Part shown: positions 1 to 12,100 of the stretch, piece after piece
Layout of the letters: each line of letters begins with the position of its first letter
Numbering within the stretch: the first letter of the stretch is position 1
Assembly (NCBI GenBank): GCA_002189035.1
Contig: NEEC01000250.1
Span: 1 to 44,933 of the forward strand
DNA from: Utricularia gibba
Lineage: Eukaryota > Plantae > Magnoliophyta
DNA: 44,933 bases
Direction: 5' to 3'
The notes under the pieces: model-generated
What the model saw: only the letters and a program-made list of their open reading frames with translations
Database searches by the model: none
What the model was told of the DNA's origin: nothing
Position numbers and translations under genes: made by a program

Positions 1-2167
1 CGCGCTCTGGCCCATAGTCATTTGTAGCCGGCCAAAAAAGTGATGCATTTATTAACGTTGGGTTTTCGCGGCTGCCTACATGCTTTTTCAAGGAAAAGTT
101 GTCGTTTTTTGGCGGGTGCTGTTGTTGGGAACTTCGTCCGGACCCAAGGTTCGGTCTGACTTCACAGCACAATAAGGTCCATTCGACGAAAATCGTGATA
201 CCTTTATTGAAGTGAGGATCTCATGACCACCCAAATGCTTTTTTCAACAGCATGCTTTAAACTTGAGAAGGCGCTTTTGTGGGTCACCAGATCGGCCGGA
301 ATTCGGGTCGGGCTTGGGGGACAAAGTCAGCTGTAGCCGTCAAAAGAAGTGATGCATTTATTAACGTTGGTTGTCGGGCTGCCACATGGTTTTTCAAGCA
401 ACAGCTTGCCGTTTTAAGGTGGGTGCTGTCGTTGGCAGCTTTGTAAGGGCCCAAGGTTTGGTCTGGCTCCTTAGCCCAATCGGGTCCTACTCGATGAAAA
501 TCGTGATGCATTTAATGAAGTTAGGATGTCATGAGCGCCCCAAATGGTTTTCTCAACAACCTGATTTATATTTGACGAGGTGCTCTAGGCTGGCACTAGT
601 ATCGAGCAAATGGTCGAGTCGCGCTCTGGCCCATAGTCATTTGTAGCCCGGCCAAAAAGTGATGCATTTATTAACGTTGGGTTTTCGGCGGCTGCCTACA
701 TGCTTTTTCAAGGAAAAGTTGTCGTTTTTTGGCGGGTGCTGTTGTTGGGAACTTCGTCCGGACCCAAGGTTCGGTCTGACTTCACAGCACAATAAGGTCC
801 ATTCGACGAAAATCGTGATACCTTTATTGAAGTGAGGATCTCATGACCACCCCAAATGCTTTTTTCAACAGCATGCTATAACTTGAGAAGGCGCTTTTGT
901 GGGTCACGAGATCGGGCCGGAATTCGGGTCGGGCTTGGGGGACAAAGTCAGCTGTAGCCCGTCAAAAGAAGTGATGCATTTATTAACGTTGGGTTGTCGG
1001 CGGCTGCCCACATGGTTTTTCAAGCAACAGCTTGCCGTTTTAAGGTGGGTGCTGTCGTTGGCAGCTTTGTAAGGGCCCAAGGTTTGGTCTGGCTCCTTAG
1101 CCCAATCGGGTCCTACTCGATGAAAATCGTGATGCATTTAATGAAGTTATGATGTCATGAGCGCCCCAAATGGTTTTCTCAACAACCTGATTTATATTTG
1201 ACGAGGTGCTCTAGGCTGGCACTAGTATCGAGCAAATGGTCGAGTCGCGCTCTGGCCCATAGTCATTTGTAGCCCGGCCAAAAAAGTGATGCATTTATTA
1301 ACGTTGGGTTTTCGGCGGCTGCCTACATGCTTTTTCAAGGAAAAGTTGTCGTTTTTTGGCGGGTGCTGTTGGGAACTTCGTCCGGACCAAGGTTCGGTCT
1401 GACTTCACAGCACAATAAGGTCCCATTCGACGAAAATCGTGATACCTTTATTGAAGTGAGGATCTCATGACCACCCCAAATGCTTTTTTCAACAGCATGC
1501 TATAAACTTGAGAAGGCGCTTTTGTGGGTCACCCAGATCGGGCCGGAATTCGGGTCGGGCTTGGGGACAAAGTCAGCTGTAGCCCGTCAAAAGAAGTGAT
1601 GCATTTATTAACGTTGGGTTGTCGGCGGCTGCCCACATGGTTTTTCAAGCAACAGCTTGCCGTTTTAAGGCGGGTGCTGTCGTTGGCAGCTTTGTAAGGG
1701 CCCAAGGTTTGGTCTGGCTCCTTAGCCCAATCGGGTCCTACTCGATGAAAATCGTGATGCATTTAATGAAGTTATGATGTCATGAGCGCCCAAATGGTTT
1801 TCTCAACAACCTGATTTATATTTGACGAGGTGCTCTAGGCTGGCACTAGTATCGAGCAAATGGTCGAGTCGCGCTCTGGCCCATAGTCATTTGTAGCCCG
1901 GCCAAAAAAGTGATGCATTTATTAACGTTGGGTTTTCGGCGGCTGCCTACATGCTTTTTCAAGGAAAAGTTGTCGTTTTTTGGCGGGTGCTGTTGTTGGG
2001 AACTTCGTCCGGACCCAAGGTTCGGTCTGACTTCACAGCACAATAAGGTCCCATTCGACGAAAATCGTGATACCTTTATTGAAGTGAGGATCTCAAGACC
2101 ACCCCAAATGCTTTTTTCAACAGCATGCTTTACACTTGAGAAGGCGCTTTTGTGGGTCACCGAGATC

Positions 2168-2195
2168 GGGCCGGAATTCGGGTCGGGCTTGGGGG
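2168..2195 (+). other. Putative G-quadruplex motif in a2 (GGG-CCGGAATTC-GGG-TC-GGG-CTT-GGGGG); recurs in a2 of domain 1 and many trimers
   Basis: Four G-runs with loops of 9, 2 and 3 nt. Relaxed G4 pattern only. Confidence 0.35.
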
Positions 2196-2537
2196 ACAAA
2201 GTCAGCTGTAGCCCGTCAAAAGAAGTGATGCATTTATTAACGTTGGGTTGTCGGCGGCTGCCCACATGGTTTTTCAAGCAACAGCTTGCCGTTTTAAGGT
2301 GGGTGCTGTCGTTGGCAGCTTTGTAAGGGCCCAAGGTTTGGTCTGGCTCTTAGCCCAATCGGGTCCTACTCGATGAAAATCGTGATGCATTTAATGAAGT
2401 TAGATGTCATGAGCGCCCCAAATGGTTTTCTCAACAACCTGATTTATATTTGACGAGGTGCTCTAGGCTGGCACTAGTATCGAGCAAATGGTCGAGTCGC
2501 GCTCTGGCCCATAGTCATTTGTAGCCCGGCCAAAAAA

Positions 2538-3166
2538 GTGATGCATTTATTAACGTTGGGTTTTCGGCGGCTGCCTACATGCTTTTTCAAGGAAAAGTTG
2601 TCGTTTTTTGGCGGGTGCTGTTGTTGGGAACTTCGTCCGGACCCAAGGTTCGGTCTGACTTCACAGCACAATAAGGTCCCATTCGACGAAAATCGTGATA
2701 CCTTTATTGAAGTGAGGATCTCATGACCACCCCAAATGCTTTTTTCAACAGCATGCTATACACTTGAGAAGGCGCTTTTGTGGGTCACCGAGATCGGGCC
2801 GGAATTCGGGTCGGGCTTGGGGACAAAGTCAGCTGTAGCCCGTCAAAAGAAGTGATGCATTTATTAACGTTGGGTTGTCGGCGGCTGCCCACATGGTTTT
2901 TCAAGCAACAGCTTGCCGTTTTAAGGTGGGTGCTGTCGTTGGCAGCTTTGTAAGGGCCCAAGGTTTGGTCTGGCTCCTTAGCCCAATCGGGTCCTACTCG
3001 ATGAAAATCGTGATGCATTTAATGAAGTTATGATGTCATGAGCGCCCCAAATGGTTTTCTCAACAACCTGATTTATATTTGACGAGGTGCTCTAGGCTGG
3101 CACTAGTATCGAGCAAATGGTCGAGTCGCGCTCTGGCCCATAGTCATTTGTAGCCCGGCCAAAAAA
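2538..3166 (+). repeat. Reference dimer: a1 2538-2694, a2 2695-2851, b1 2852-3009, b2 3010-3166
   Basis: Near-consensus copy (629 nt, one G short in the a2 G5 run), used to define subunit boundaries. Confidence 0.95.
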
Positions 3167-6100
3167 GTGATGCATTTATTAACGTTGGGTTTTCGGCGGC
3201 TGCCTACATGCTTTTTCAAGGAAAAGTTGTCGTTTTTTGGCGGGTGCTGTTGTTGGGAACTTCGTCCGGACCCAAGGTTCGGTCTGACTTCACAGCACAA
3301 TAAGGTCCCATTCGACGAAAATCGTGATACCTTTATTGAAGTGAGGATCTCATGACCACCCCAAATGCTTTTTTCAACAGCATGCTTTAAACTTGAGAAG
3401 GCGCTTTTGTGGGTCACCCAGATCGGGCCGGAATTCGGGTCGGGCTTGGGGGACAAAGTCAGCTGTAGCCCGTCAAAAGAAGTGATGCATTTATTAACGT
3501 TGGGTTGTCGGCGGCTGCCCACATGGTTTTTCAAGCAACAGCTTGCCGTTTTAAGGGGTGCTGTCGTTGGCAGCTTTGTAAGGGCCCAAGGTTTGGTCTG
3601 GCTCCTTAGCCCAATCGGGTCCTACTCGATGAAAATCGTGATGCATTTAATGAAGTTATGATGTCATGAGCGCCAAATGGTTTTCTCAACAACCTGATTT
3701 ATATTTGACGAGGTGCTCTAGGCTGGCACTAGTATCGAGCAAATGGTCGAGTCGCGCTCTGGCCCATAGTCATTTGTAGCCCGGCCAAAAAAGTGATGCA
3801 TTTATTAACGTTGGGTTTTCGGCGGCTGCCTACATGCTTTTTCAAGGAAAAGTTGTCGTTTTTTGCGGGTGCTGTTGTTGGGAACTTCGTCCGGACCCAA
3901 GGTTCGGTCTGACTTCACAGCACAATAAGGTCCCATTCGACGAAAATCGTGATACCTTTATTGAAGTGAGGATCTCAAGACCACCCAAATGCTTTTTTCA
4001 ACAGCATGCTATACACTTGAGAAGGCGCTTTTGTGGGTCACCCAGATCGGGCCGGAATTCGGGTCGGGCTTGGGGGACAAAGTCAGCTGTAGCCCGTCAA
4101 AAGAAGTGATGCATTTATTAACGTTGGGTTGTCGGCGGCTGCCCACATGGTTTTTCAAGCAACAGCTTGCCGTTTTAAGGTGGGTGCTGTCGTTGGCAGC
4201 TTTGTAAGGGCCCAAGGTTTGGTCTGGCTCCTTAGCCAATCGGGTCCTACTCGATGAAAATCGTGATGCATTTAATGAAGTTATGATGTCATGAGCGCCC
4301 CAAATGGTTTTTCTCAACAACCTGATTTATATTTGACGAGGTGCTCTAGGCTGGCACTAGTATCGAGCAAATGGTCGAGTCGCGCTCTGGCCCATAGTCA
4401 TTTGTAGCCCGGCCAAAAAAGTGATGCATTTATTAACGTTGGGTTTTCGGCGGCTGCCTACATGCTTTTTCAAGGAAAGTTGTCGTTTTTTGGCGGGTGC
4501 TGTTGTTGGGAACTTCGTCCGGACCCAAGGTTCGGTCTGACTTCACAGCACAATAAGGTCCCATTCGACGAAAATCGTGATACCTTTATTGAAGTGAGGA
4601 TCTCAAGACACCCCAAATGCTTTTTTCAACAGCATGCTATACACTTGAGAAGGCGCTTTTGTGGGTCACCGAGATCGGGCCGGAATTCGGGTCGGGCTTG
4701 GGGACAAAGTCAGCTGTAGCCGTCAAAAGAAGTGATGCATTTATTAACGTTGGGTTGTCGGCGGCTGCCCACATGGTTTTTCAAGCAACAGCTTGCCGTT
4801 TTAAGGTGGGTGCTGTCGTTGGCAGCTTTGTAAGGGCCCAAGGTTTGGTCTGGCTCCTTAGCCCAATCGGGTCCTACTCGATGAAAATCGTGATGCATTT
4901 AATGAAGTTATGATGTCATGAGCGCCCCAAATGGTTTTCTCAACAACCTGATTTATATTTGACGAGGTGCTCTAGGCTGGCACTAGTATCGAGCAAATGG
5001 TCGAGTCGCGCTCTGGCCCATAGTCATTTGTAGCCCGGCCAAAAAAGTGATGCATTTATTAACGTTGGGTTTTCGGCGGCTGCCTACATGCTTTTTCAAG
5101 GAAAAGTTGTCGTTTTTTGGCGGGTGCTGTTTTGGGAACTTCGTCCGGACCCAAGGTTCGGTCTGACTTCACAGCACAATAAGGTCCCATTCGACGAAAA
5201 TCGTGATACCTTTATTGAAGTGAGGATCTCAAGACCACCCCAAATGCTTTTTTCAACAGCATGCTATACACTTGAGAAGGCGCTTTTGTGGGTCACCGAG
5301 ATCGGGCCGGAATTCGGGTCGGGCTTGGGGGACAAAGTCAGCTGTAGCCCGTCAAAAGAAGTGATGCATTTATTAACGTTGGGTTGTCGGCGGCTGCCCA
5401 CATGGTTTTTCAAGCAACAGCTTGCCGTTTTAAGGTGGGTGCTGTCGTTGGCAGCTTTGTAAGGGCCCAAGGTTTGGTCTGGCTCCTTAGCCCAATCGGG
5501 TCCTACTCGATGAAAATCGTGATGCATTTAATGAAGTTATGATGTCATGAGCGCCCCAAATGGTTTTCTCAACAACCTGATTTATATTTGACGAGGTGCT
5601 CTAGGCTGGCACTAGTATCGAGCAAATGGTCGAGTCGCGCTCTGGCCCATAGTCATTTGTAGCCCGGCCAAAAAAGTGATGCATTTATTAACGTTGGGTT
5701 TTCGGCGGCTGCCTACATGCTTTTTCAAGGAAAAGTTGTCGTTTTTTGGCGGGTGCTGTTGTTGGGAACTTCGTCCGGACCCAAGGTTCGGTCTGACTTC
5801 ACAGCACAATAAGGTCCCATTCGACGAAAATCGTGATACCTTTATTGAAGTGAGGATCTCATGACCACCCCAAATGCTTTTTTCAACAGCATGCTTTAAC
5901 TTGAGAAGGCGCTTTTGTGGGTCACCCATCGGGCCGGAATTCGGGTCGGGCTTGGGGGACAAAGTCAGCTGTAGCCCGTCAAAAGAAGTGATGCATTTAT
6001 TAACGTTGGGTTGTCGGCGGCTGCCCACATGGTTTTTCAAGCAACAGCTTGCCGTTTTAAGGTGGGTGCTGTCGTTGGCAGCTTTGTAAGGGCCCAAGGT

Positions 6101-9100
6101 TTGGTCTGGCTCCTTAGCCCAATCGGGTCCTACTCGATGAAAATCGTGATGCATTTAATGAAGTTATGATGTCATGAGCGCCCCAAATGGTTTTCTCAAC
6201 AACCTGATTTATATTTGACGAGGTGCTCTAGGCTGGCACTAGTATCGAGCAAATGGTCGAGTCGCGCTCTGGCCCATAGTCATTTGTAGCCCGGCCAAAA
6301 AAGTGATGCATTTATTAACGTTGGGTTTTCGGCGGCTGCCTACATGCTTTTTCAAGGAAAAGTTGTCGTTTTTTGGCGGGTGCTGTTGTTGGAACTTCGT
6401 CCGGACCCAAGGTTCGGTCTGACTTCACAGCACAATAAGGTCCCATTCGACGAAAATCGTGATACCTTTATTGAAGTTAGGATCTCATGACCACCCCAAA
6501 TGCTTTTTTCAACAGCATGCTTTACACTTGAGAAGGCGCTTTTGTGGGTCACCCAGATCGGGCCGGAATTCGGTCGGGCTTGGGGGACAAAGTCAGCTGT
6601 AGCCCGTCAAAAGAAGTGATGCATTTATTAACGTTGGGTTGTCGGCGGCTGCCCACATGGTTTTTCAAGCAACAGCTTGCCGTTTTAAGGCGGGTGCTGT
6701 CGTTGGCAGCTTTGTAAGGGCCCAAGGTTTGGTCTGGCTCCTTAGCCCAATCGGGTCCTACTCGATGAAAATCGTGATGCATTTAATGGAGTTATGATGT
6801 CATGAGCGCCCCAAATGGTTTTCTCAACAACCTGATTTATATTTGACGAGGTGCTCTAGGCTGGCACTAGTATCGAGCAAATGGTCGAGTCGCGCTCTGG
6901 CCCATAGTCATTTGTAGCCCGGCCAAAAAAGTGATGCATTTATTAACGTTGGGTTTTCGGCGGCTGCCTACATGCTTTTTCAAGGAAAAGTTGTCGTTTT
7001 TTGGCGGGTGCTGTTGTTGGGAACTTCGTCCGGACCCAAGGTTCGGTCTGACTTCACAGCACAATAAGGTCCCATTCGACGAAAATCGTGATACCTTTAT
7101 TGAAGTGAGGATCTCAAGACCACCCAAATGCTTTTTTCAACAGCATGCTTTAAACTTGAGAAGGCGCTTTTGTGGGTCACCGAATCGGGCCGGAATTCGG
7201 GTCGGGCTTGGGGGACAAAGTCAGCTGTAGCCCGTCAAAAGAAGTGATGCATTTATTAACGTTGGGTTGTCGGCGGCTGCCCACATGGTTTTTCAAGCAA
7301 CAGCTTGCCGTTTTAAGGTGGGTGCTGTCGTTGGCAGCTTTGTAAGGGCCCAAGGTTTGGTCTGGCTCCTTAGCCCAATCGGGTCCTACTCGATGAAAAT
7401 CGTGATGCATTTAATGAAGTTATGATGTCATGAGCGCCCCAAATGGTTTTCTCAACAACCTGATTTATATTTGACGAGGTGCTCTAGGCTGGCACTAGTA
7501 TCGAGCAAATGGTCGAGTCGCGCTCTGTTAGTCATTTGTAGCCCGGCCAAAAAAGTGATGCATTTATTAACGTTGGGTTTTCGGCGGCTGCCTACATGCT
7601 TTTTCAAGGAAAAGTTGTCGTTTTTTGGCGGGTGCTGTTGTTGGAACTTCGTCCGGACCCAAGGTTCGGTCTGACTTCACAGCACAATAAGGTCCCATTC
7701 GACGAAAATCGTGATACCTTTATTGAAGTTAGGATCTCATGACCACCCCAAATGCTTTTTTCAACAGCATGCTTTAAACTTGAGAAGGCGCTTTTGTGGG
7801 TCACCCAGATCGGGCCGGAATTCGGTCGGCTTGGGGGACAAAGTCAGCTGTAGCCCGTCAAAAGAAGTGATGCATTTATTAACGTTGGGTTGTCGGCGGC
7901 TGCCCACATGGTTTTTCAAGCAACAGCTTGCCGTTTTAAGGCGGGTGCTGTCGTTGGCAGCTTTGTAAGGGCCCAAGGTTTGGTCTGGCTCCTTAGCCCA
8001 ATCGGGTCCTACTCGATGAAAATCGTGATGCATTTAATGAAGTTATGATGTCATGAGCGCCCCAAATGGTTTTCTCAACAACCTGATTTATATTTGACGA
8101 GGTGCTCTAGGCTGGCACTAGTATCGAGCAAATGGTCGAGTCGCGCTCTGGCCCATAGTCATTTGTAGCCCGGCCAAAAAAGTGATGCATTTATTAACGT
8201 TGGGTTTTCGGCGGCTGCCTACATGCTTTTTCAAGGAAAAGTTGTCGTTTTTTGGCGGTGCTGTTGTTGGGAACTTCGTCCGGACCCAAGGTTCGGTCTG
8301 ACTTCACAGCACAATAAGGTCCCATTCGACGAAAATCGTGATACCTTTATTGAAGTGAGGATCTCAAGACCACCCCAAATGCTTTTTTCAACAGCATGCT
8401 TTAAACTTGAGAAGGCGCTTTTGTGGGTCACCCAGATCGGGCCGGAATTCGGGTCGGGCTTGGGGGACAAAGTCAGCTGTAGCCCGTCAAAAGAAGTGAT
8501 GCATTTATTAACGTTGGGTTGTCGGCGGCTGCCCACATGGTTTTTCAAGCAACAGCTTGCCGTTTTAAGGTGGGTGCTGTCGTTGGCAGCTTTGTAAGGG
8601 CCCAAGGTTTGGTCTGGCTCCTTAGCCCAATCGGGTCCTACTCGATGAAAATCGTGATGCATTTAATGAAGTTATGATGTCATGAGCGCCCCAAATGGTT
8701 TTCTCAACAACCTGATTTATATTTGACGAGGTGCTCTAGGCTGGCACTAGTATCGAGCAAATGGTCGAGTCGCGCTCTGGCCCATAGTCATTTGTAGCCC
8801 GGCCAAAAAAGTGATGCATTTATTAACGTTGGGTTTTCGGCGGCTGCCTACATGCTTTTTCAAGGAAAAGTTGTCGTTTTTTGCGGGTGCTGTTGTTGGG
8901 AACTTCGTCCGGACCCAAGGTTCGGTCTGACTTCACAGCACAATAAGGTCCCATTCGACGAAAATCGTGATACCTTTATTGAAGTGAGGATCTCATGACC
9001 ACCCCAAATGCTTTTTTCAACAGCATGCTTTAAACTTGAGAAGGCGCTTTTGTGGGTCACCCAGATCGGGCCGGAATTCGGGTCGGGCTTGGGGGACAAA

Positions 9101-12100
9101 GTCAGCTGTAGCCCGTCAAAAGAAGTGATGCATTTATTAACGTTGGGTTGTCGGCGGCTGCCCACATGGTTTTTCAAAGCAACAGCTTGCCGTTTTAAGG
9201 TGGGTGCTGTCGTTGGCAGCTTTGTAAGGGCCCAAGGTTTGGTCTGGCTCCTTAGCCCAATCGGGTCCTACTCGATGAAAATCGTGATGCATTTAATGAA
9301 GTTATGATGTCATGAGCGCCCCAAATGGTTTTCTCAACAACCTGATTTATATTTGACGAGGTGCTCTAGGCTGGCACTAGTATCGAGCAAATGGTCGAGT
9401 CGCGCTCTGGCCCATAGTCATTTGTAGCCCGGCCAAAAAAGTGATGCATTTATTAACGTTGGGTTTTCGGCGGCTGCCTACATGCTTTTTCAAGGAAAAG
9501 TTGTCGTTTTTTGCGGCTGGGAACTTCGTCCGGACCCAAGGTTCGGTCTGACTTCACAGCACAATAAGGTCCCATTCGACGAAAATCGTGATACCTTTAT
9601 TGAAGTTAGGATCTCATGACCCCCCAAATGCTTTTTTCAACAGCATGCTTTAAACTTGAGAAGGCGCTTTTGTGGGTCACCCAGATCGGGCCGGAATTCG
9701 GTCGGCTTGGGGGACAAAGTCAGCTGTAGCCCGTCAAAAGAAGTGATGCATTTATTAACGTTGGGTTGTCGGCGGCTGCCCACATGGTTTTTCAAGCAAC
9801 AGCTTGCCGTTTTAAGGCGGGTGCTGTCGTTGGCAGCTTTGTAAGGGCCCAAGGTTTGGTCTGGCTCCTTAGCCCAATCGGGTCCTACTCGATGAAAATC
9901 GTGATGCATTTAATGAAGTTATGATGTCATGAGCGCCCCAAATGGTTTTCTCAACAACCTGATTTATATTTGACGAGGTGCTCTAGGCTGGCACTAGTAT
10001 CGAGCAAATGGTCGAGTCGCGCTCTGGCCCATAGTCATTTGTAGCCCGGCCAAAAAAGTGATGCATTTATTAACGTTGGGTTTTCGGCGGCTGCCTACAT
10101 GCTTTTTCAAGGAAAAGTTGTCGTTTTTTGGCGGGTGCTGTTGTTGGGAACTTCGTCCGGACCAAGGTTCGGTCTGACTTCACAGCACAATAAGGTCCCA
10201 TTCGACGAAAATCGTGATACCTTTATTGAAGTGAGGATCTCAAGACCACCCCAAATGCTTTTTTCAACAGCATGCTATACACTTGAGAAGGCGCTTTTGT
10301 GGGTCACCGAGATCGGGCCGGAATTCGGGTCGGGCTTGGGGGACAAAGTCAGCTGTAGCCCGTCAAAAGAAGTGATGCATTTATTAACGTTGGGTTGTCG
10401 GCGGCTGCCCACATGGTTTTTCAAGCAACAGCTTGCCGTTTTAAGGTGGGTGCTGTCGTTGGCAGCTTTGTAAGGGCCCAAGGTTTGGTCTGGCTCCTTA
10501 GCCCAATCGGGTCCTACTCGATGAAAATCGTGATGCATTTAATGAAGTTATGATGTCATGAGCGCCCCAAATGGTTTTCTCAACAACCTGATTTATATTT
10601 GACGAGGTGCTCTAGGCTGGCACTAGTATCGAGCAAATGGTCGAGTCGCGCTCTGGCCCATAGTCATTTGTAGCCCGGCCAAAAAAGTGATGCATTTATT
10701 AACGTTGGGTTTTCGGCGGCTGCCTACATGCTTTTTCAAGGAAAAGTTGTCGTTTTTTGGCGGGTGCTGTTGTTGGGAACTTCGTCCGGACCCAAGGTTC
10801 GGTCTGACTTCACAGCACATAAGGTCCCATTCGACGAAAATCGTGATACCTTTATTGAAGTGAGGATCTCAAGACCACCCCAAATGCTTTTTTCAACAGC
10901 ATGCTATACACTTGAGAAGGCGCTTTTGTGGGTCACCGAGATCGGGCCGGAATTCGGGTCGGGCTTGGGGGACAAAGTCAGCTGTAGCCCGTCAAAAAAG
11001 TGATGCATTTATTAACGTTGGGTTGTCGGCGGCTGCCCACATGGTTTTTCAAGCAACAGCTTGCCGTTTTAAGGTGGGTGCTGTCGTTGGCAGCTTTGTA
11101 AGGGCCCAAGGTTTGGTCTGGCTCCTTAGCCCAATCGGGTCCTACTCGATGAAAATCGTGATGCATTTAATGAAGTTATGATGTCATGAGCGCCCCAAAT
11201 GGTTTTCTCAACAACCTGATTTATTTTGACGAGGTGCTCTAGGCTGGCACTAGTATCGAGCAAATGGTCGAGTCGCGCTCTGGCCCATAGTCATTTGTAG
11301 CCCGGCCAAAAAAGTGATGCATTTATTAACGTTGGGTTTTCGGCGGCTGCCTACATGCTTTTTCAAGGAAAAGTTGTCGTTTTTTGGCGGGTGCTGTTGT
11401 TGGGAACTTCGTCCGGACCCAAGGTTCGGTCTGACTTCACAGCACAATAAGGTCCCATTCGACGAAAATCGTGATACCTTTATTGAAGTGAGGATCTCAT
11501 GACCACCCCAAATGCTTTTTTCAACAGCATGCTTTAAACTTGAGAAGGCGCTTTTGTGGGTCACCCAGATCGGGCCGGAATTCGGTCGGGCTTGGGGGAC
11601 AAAGTCAGCTGTAGCCCGTCAAAAGAAGTGATGCATTTATTAACGTTGGGTTGTCGGCGGCTGCCCACATGGTTTTTCAAGCAACAGCTTGCCGTTTTAA
11701 GGCGGGTGCTGTCGTTGGCAGCTTTGTAAGGGCCCAAGGTTTGGTCTGGCTCCTTAGCCCAATCGGGTCCTACTCGATGAAAATCGTGATGCATTTAATG
11801 AAGTTAGGATGTCATGAGCGCCCCAAATGGTTTTCTCAACAACCTGATTTATATTTGACGAGGTGCTCTAGGCTGGCACTAGTATCGAGCAAATGGTCGA
11901 GTCGCGCTCTGGCCCATAGTCATTTGTAGCCCGGCCAAAAAAGTGATGCATTTATTAACGTTGGGTTTTCGGCGGCTGCCTACATGCTTTTCAAGGAAAA
12001 GTTGTCGTTTTTTGGCGGGTGCTGTTGTTGGGAACTTCGTCCGGACCCAAGGTTCGGTCTGACTTCACAGCACAATAAGGTCCCATTCGACGAAAATCGT

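Noticed and set aside
519-526. TTAGG (arthropod telomere unit) in even subunits
   Set aside because: Single isolated pentamer per subunit, never tandem.
2609-2660. Pol III A-box/B-box-like motifs (TGGCGGGTG...GGTTCGGTC in a1; TGGCACTAGT...GGTCGAGTC in b2) suggesting a tRNA or SINE origin
   Set aside because: The a1 B-box lacks the invariant A of GTTCRA. The b2 pair is only ~19 nt apart. No cloverleaf is evident.
3010-3166. Possible sub-monomer period (CAAATGGT occurs twice in b2, ~65 nt apart)
   Set aside because: The flanks do not align and the duplication is not seen in the other subunits.
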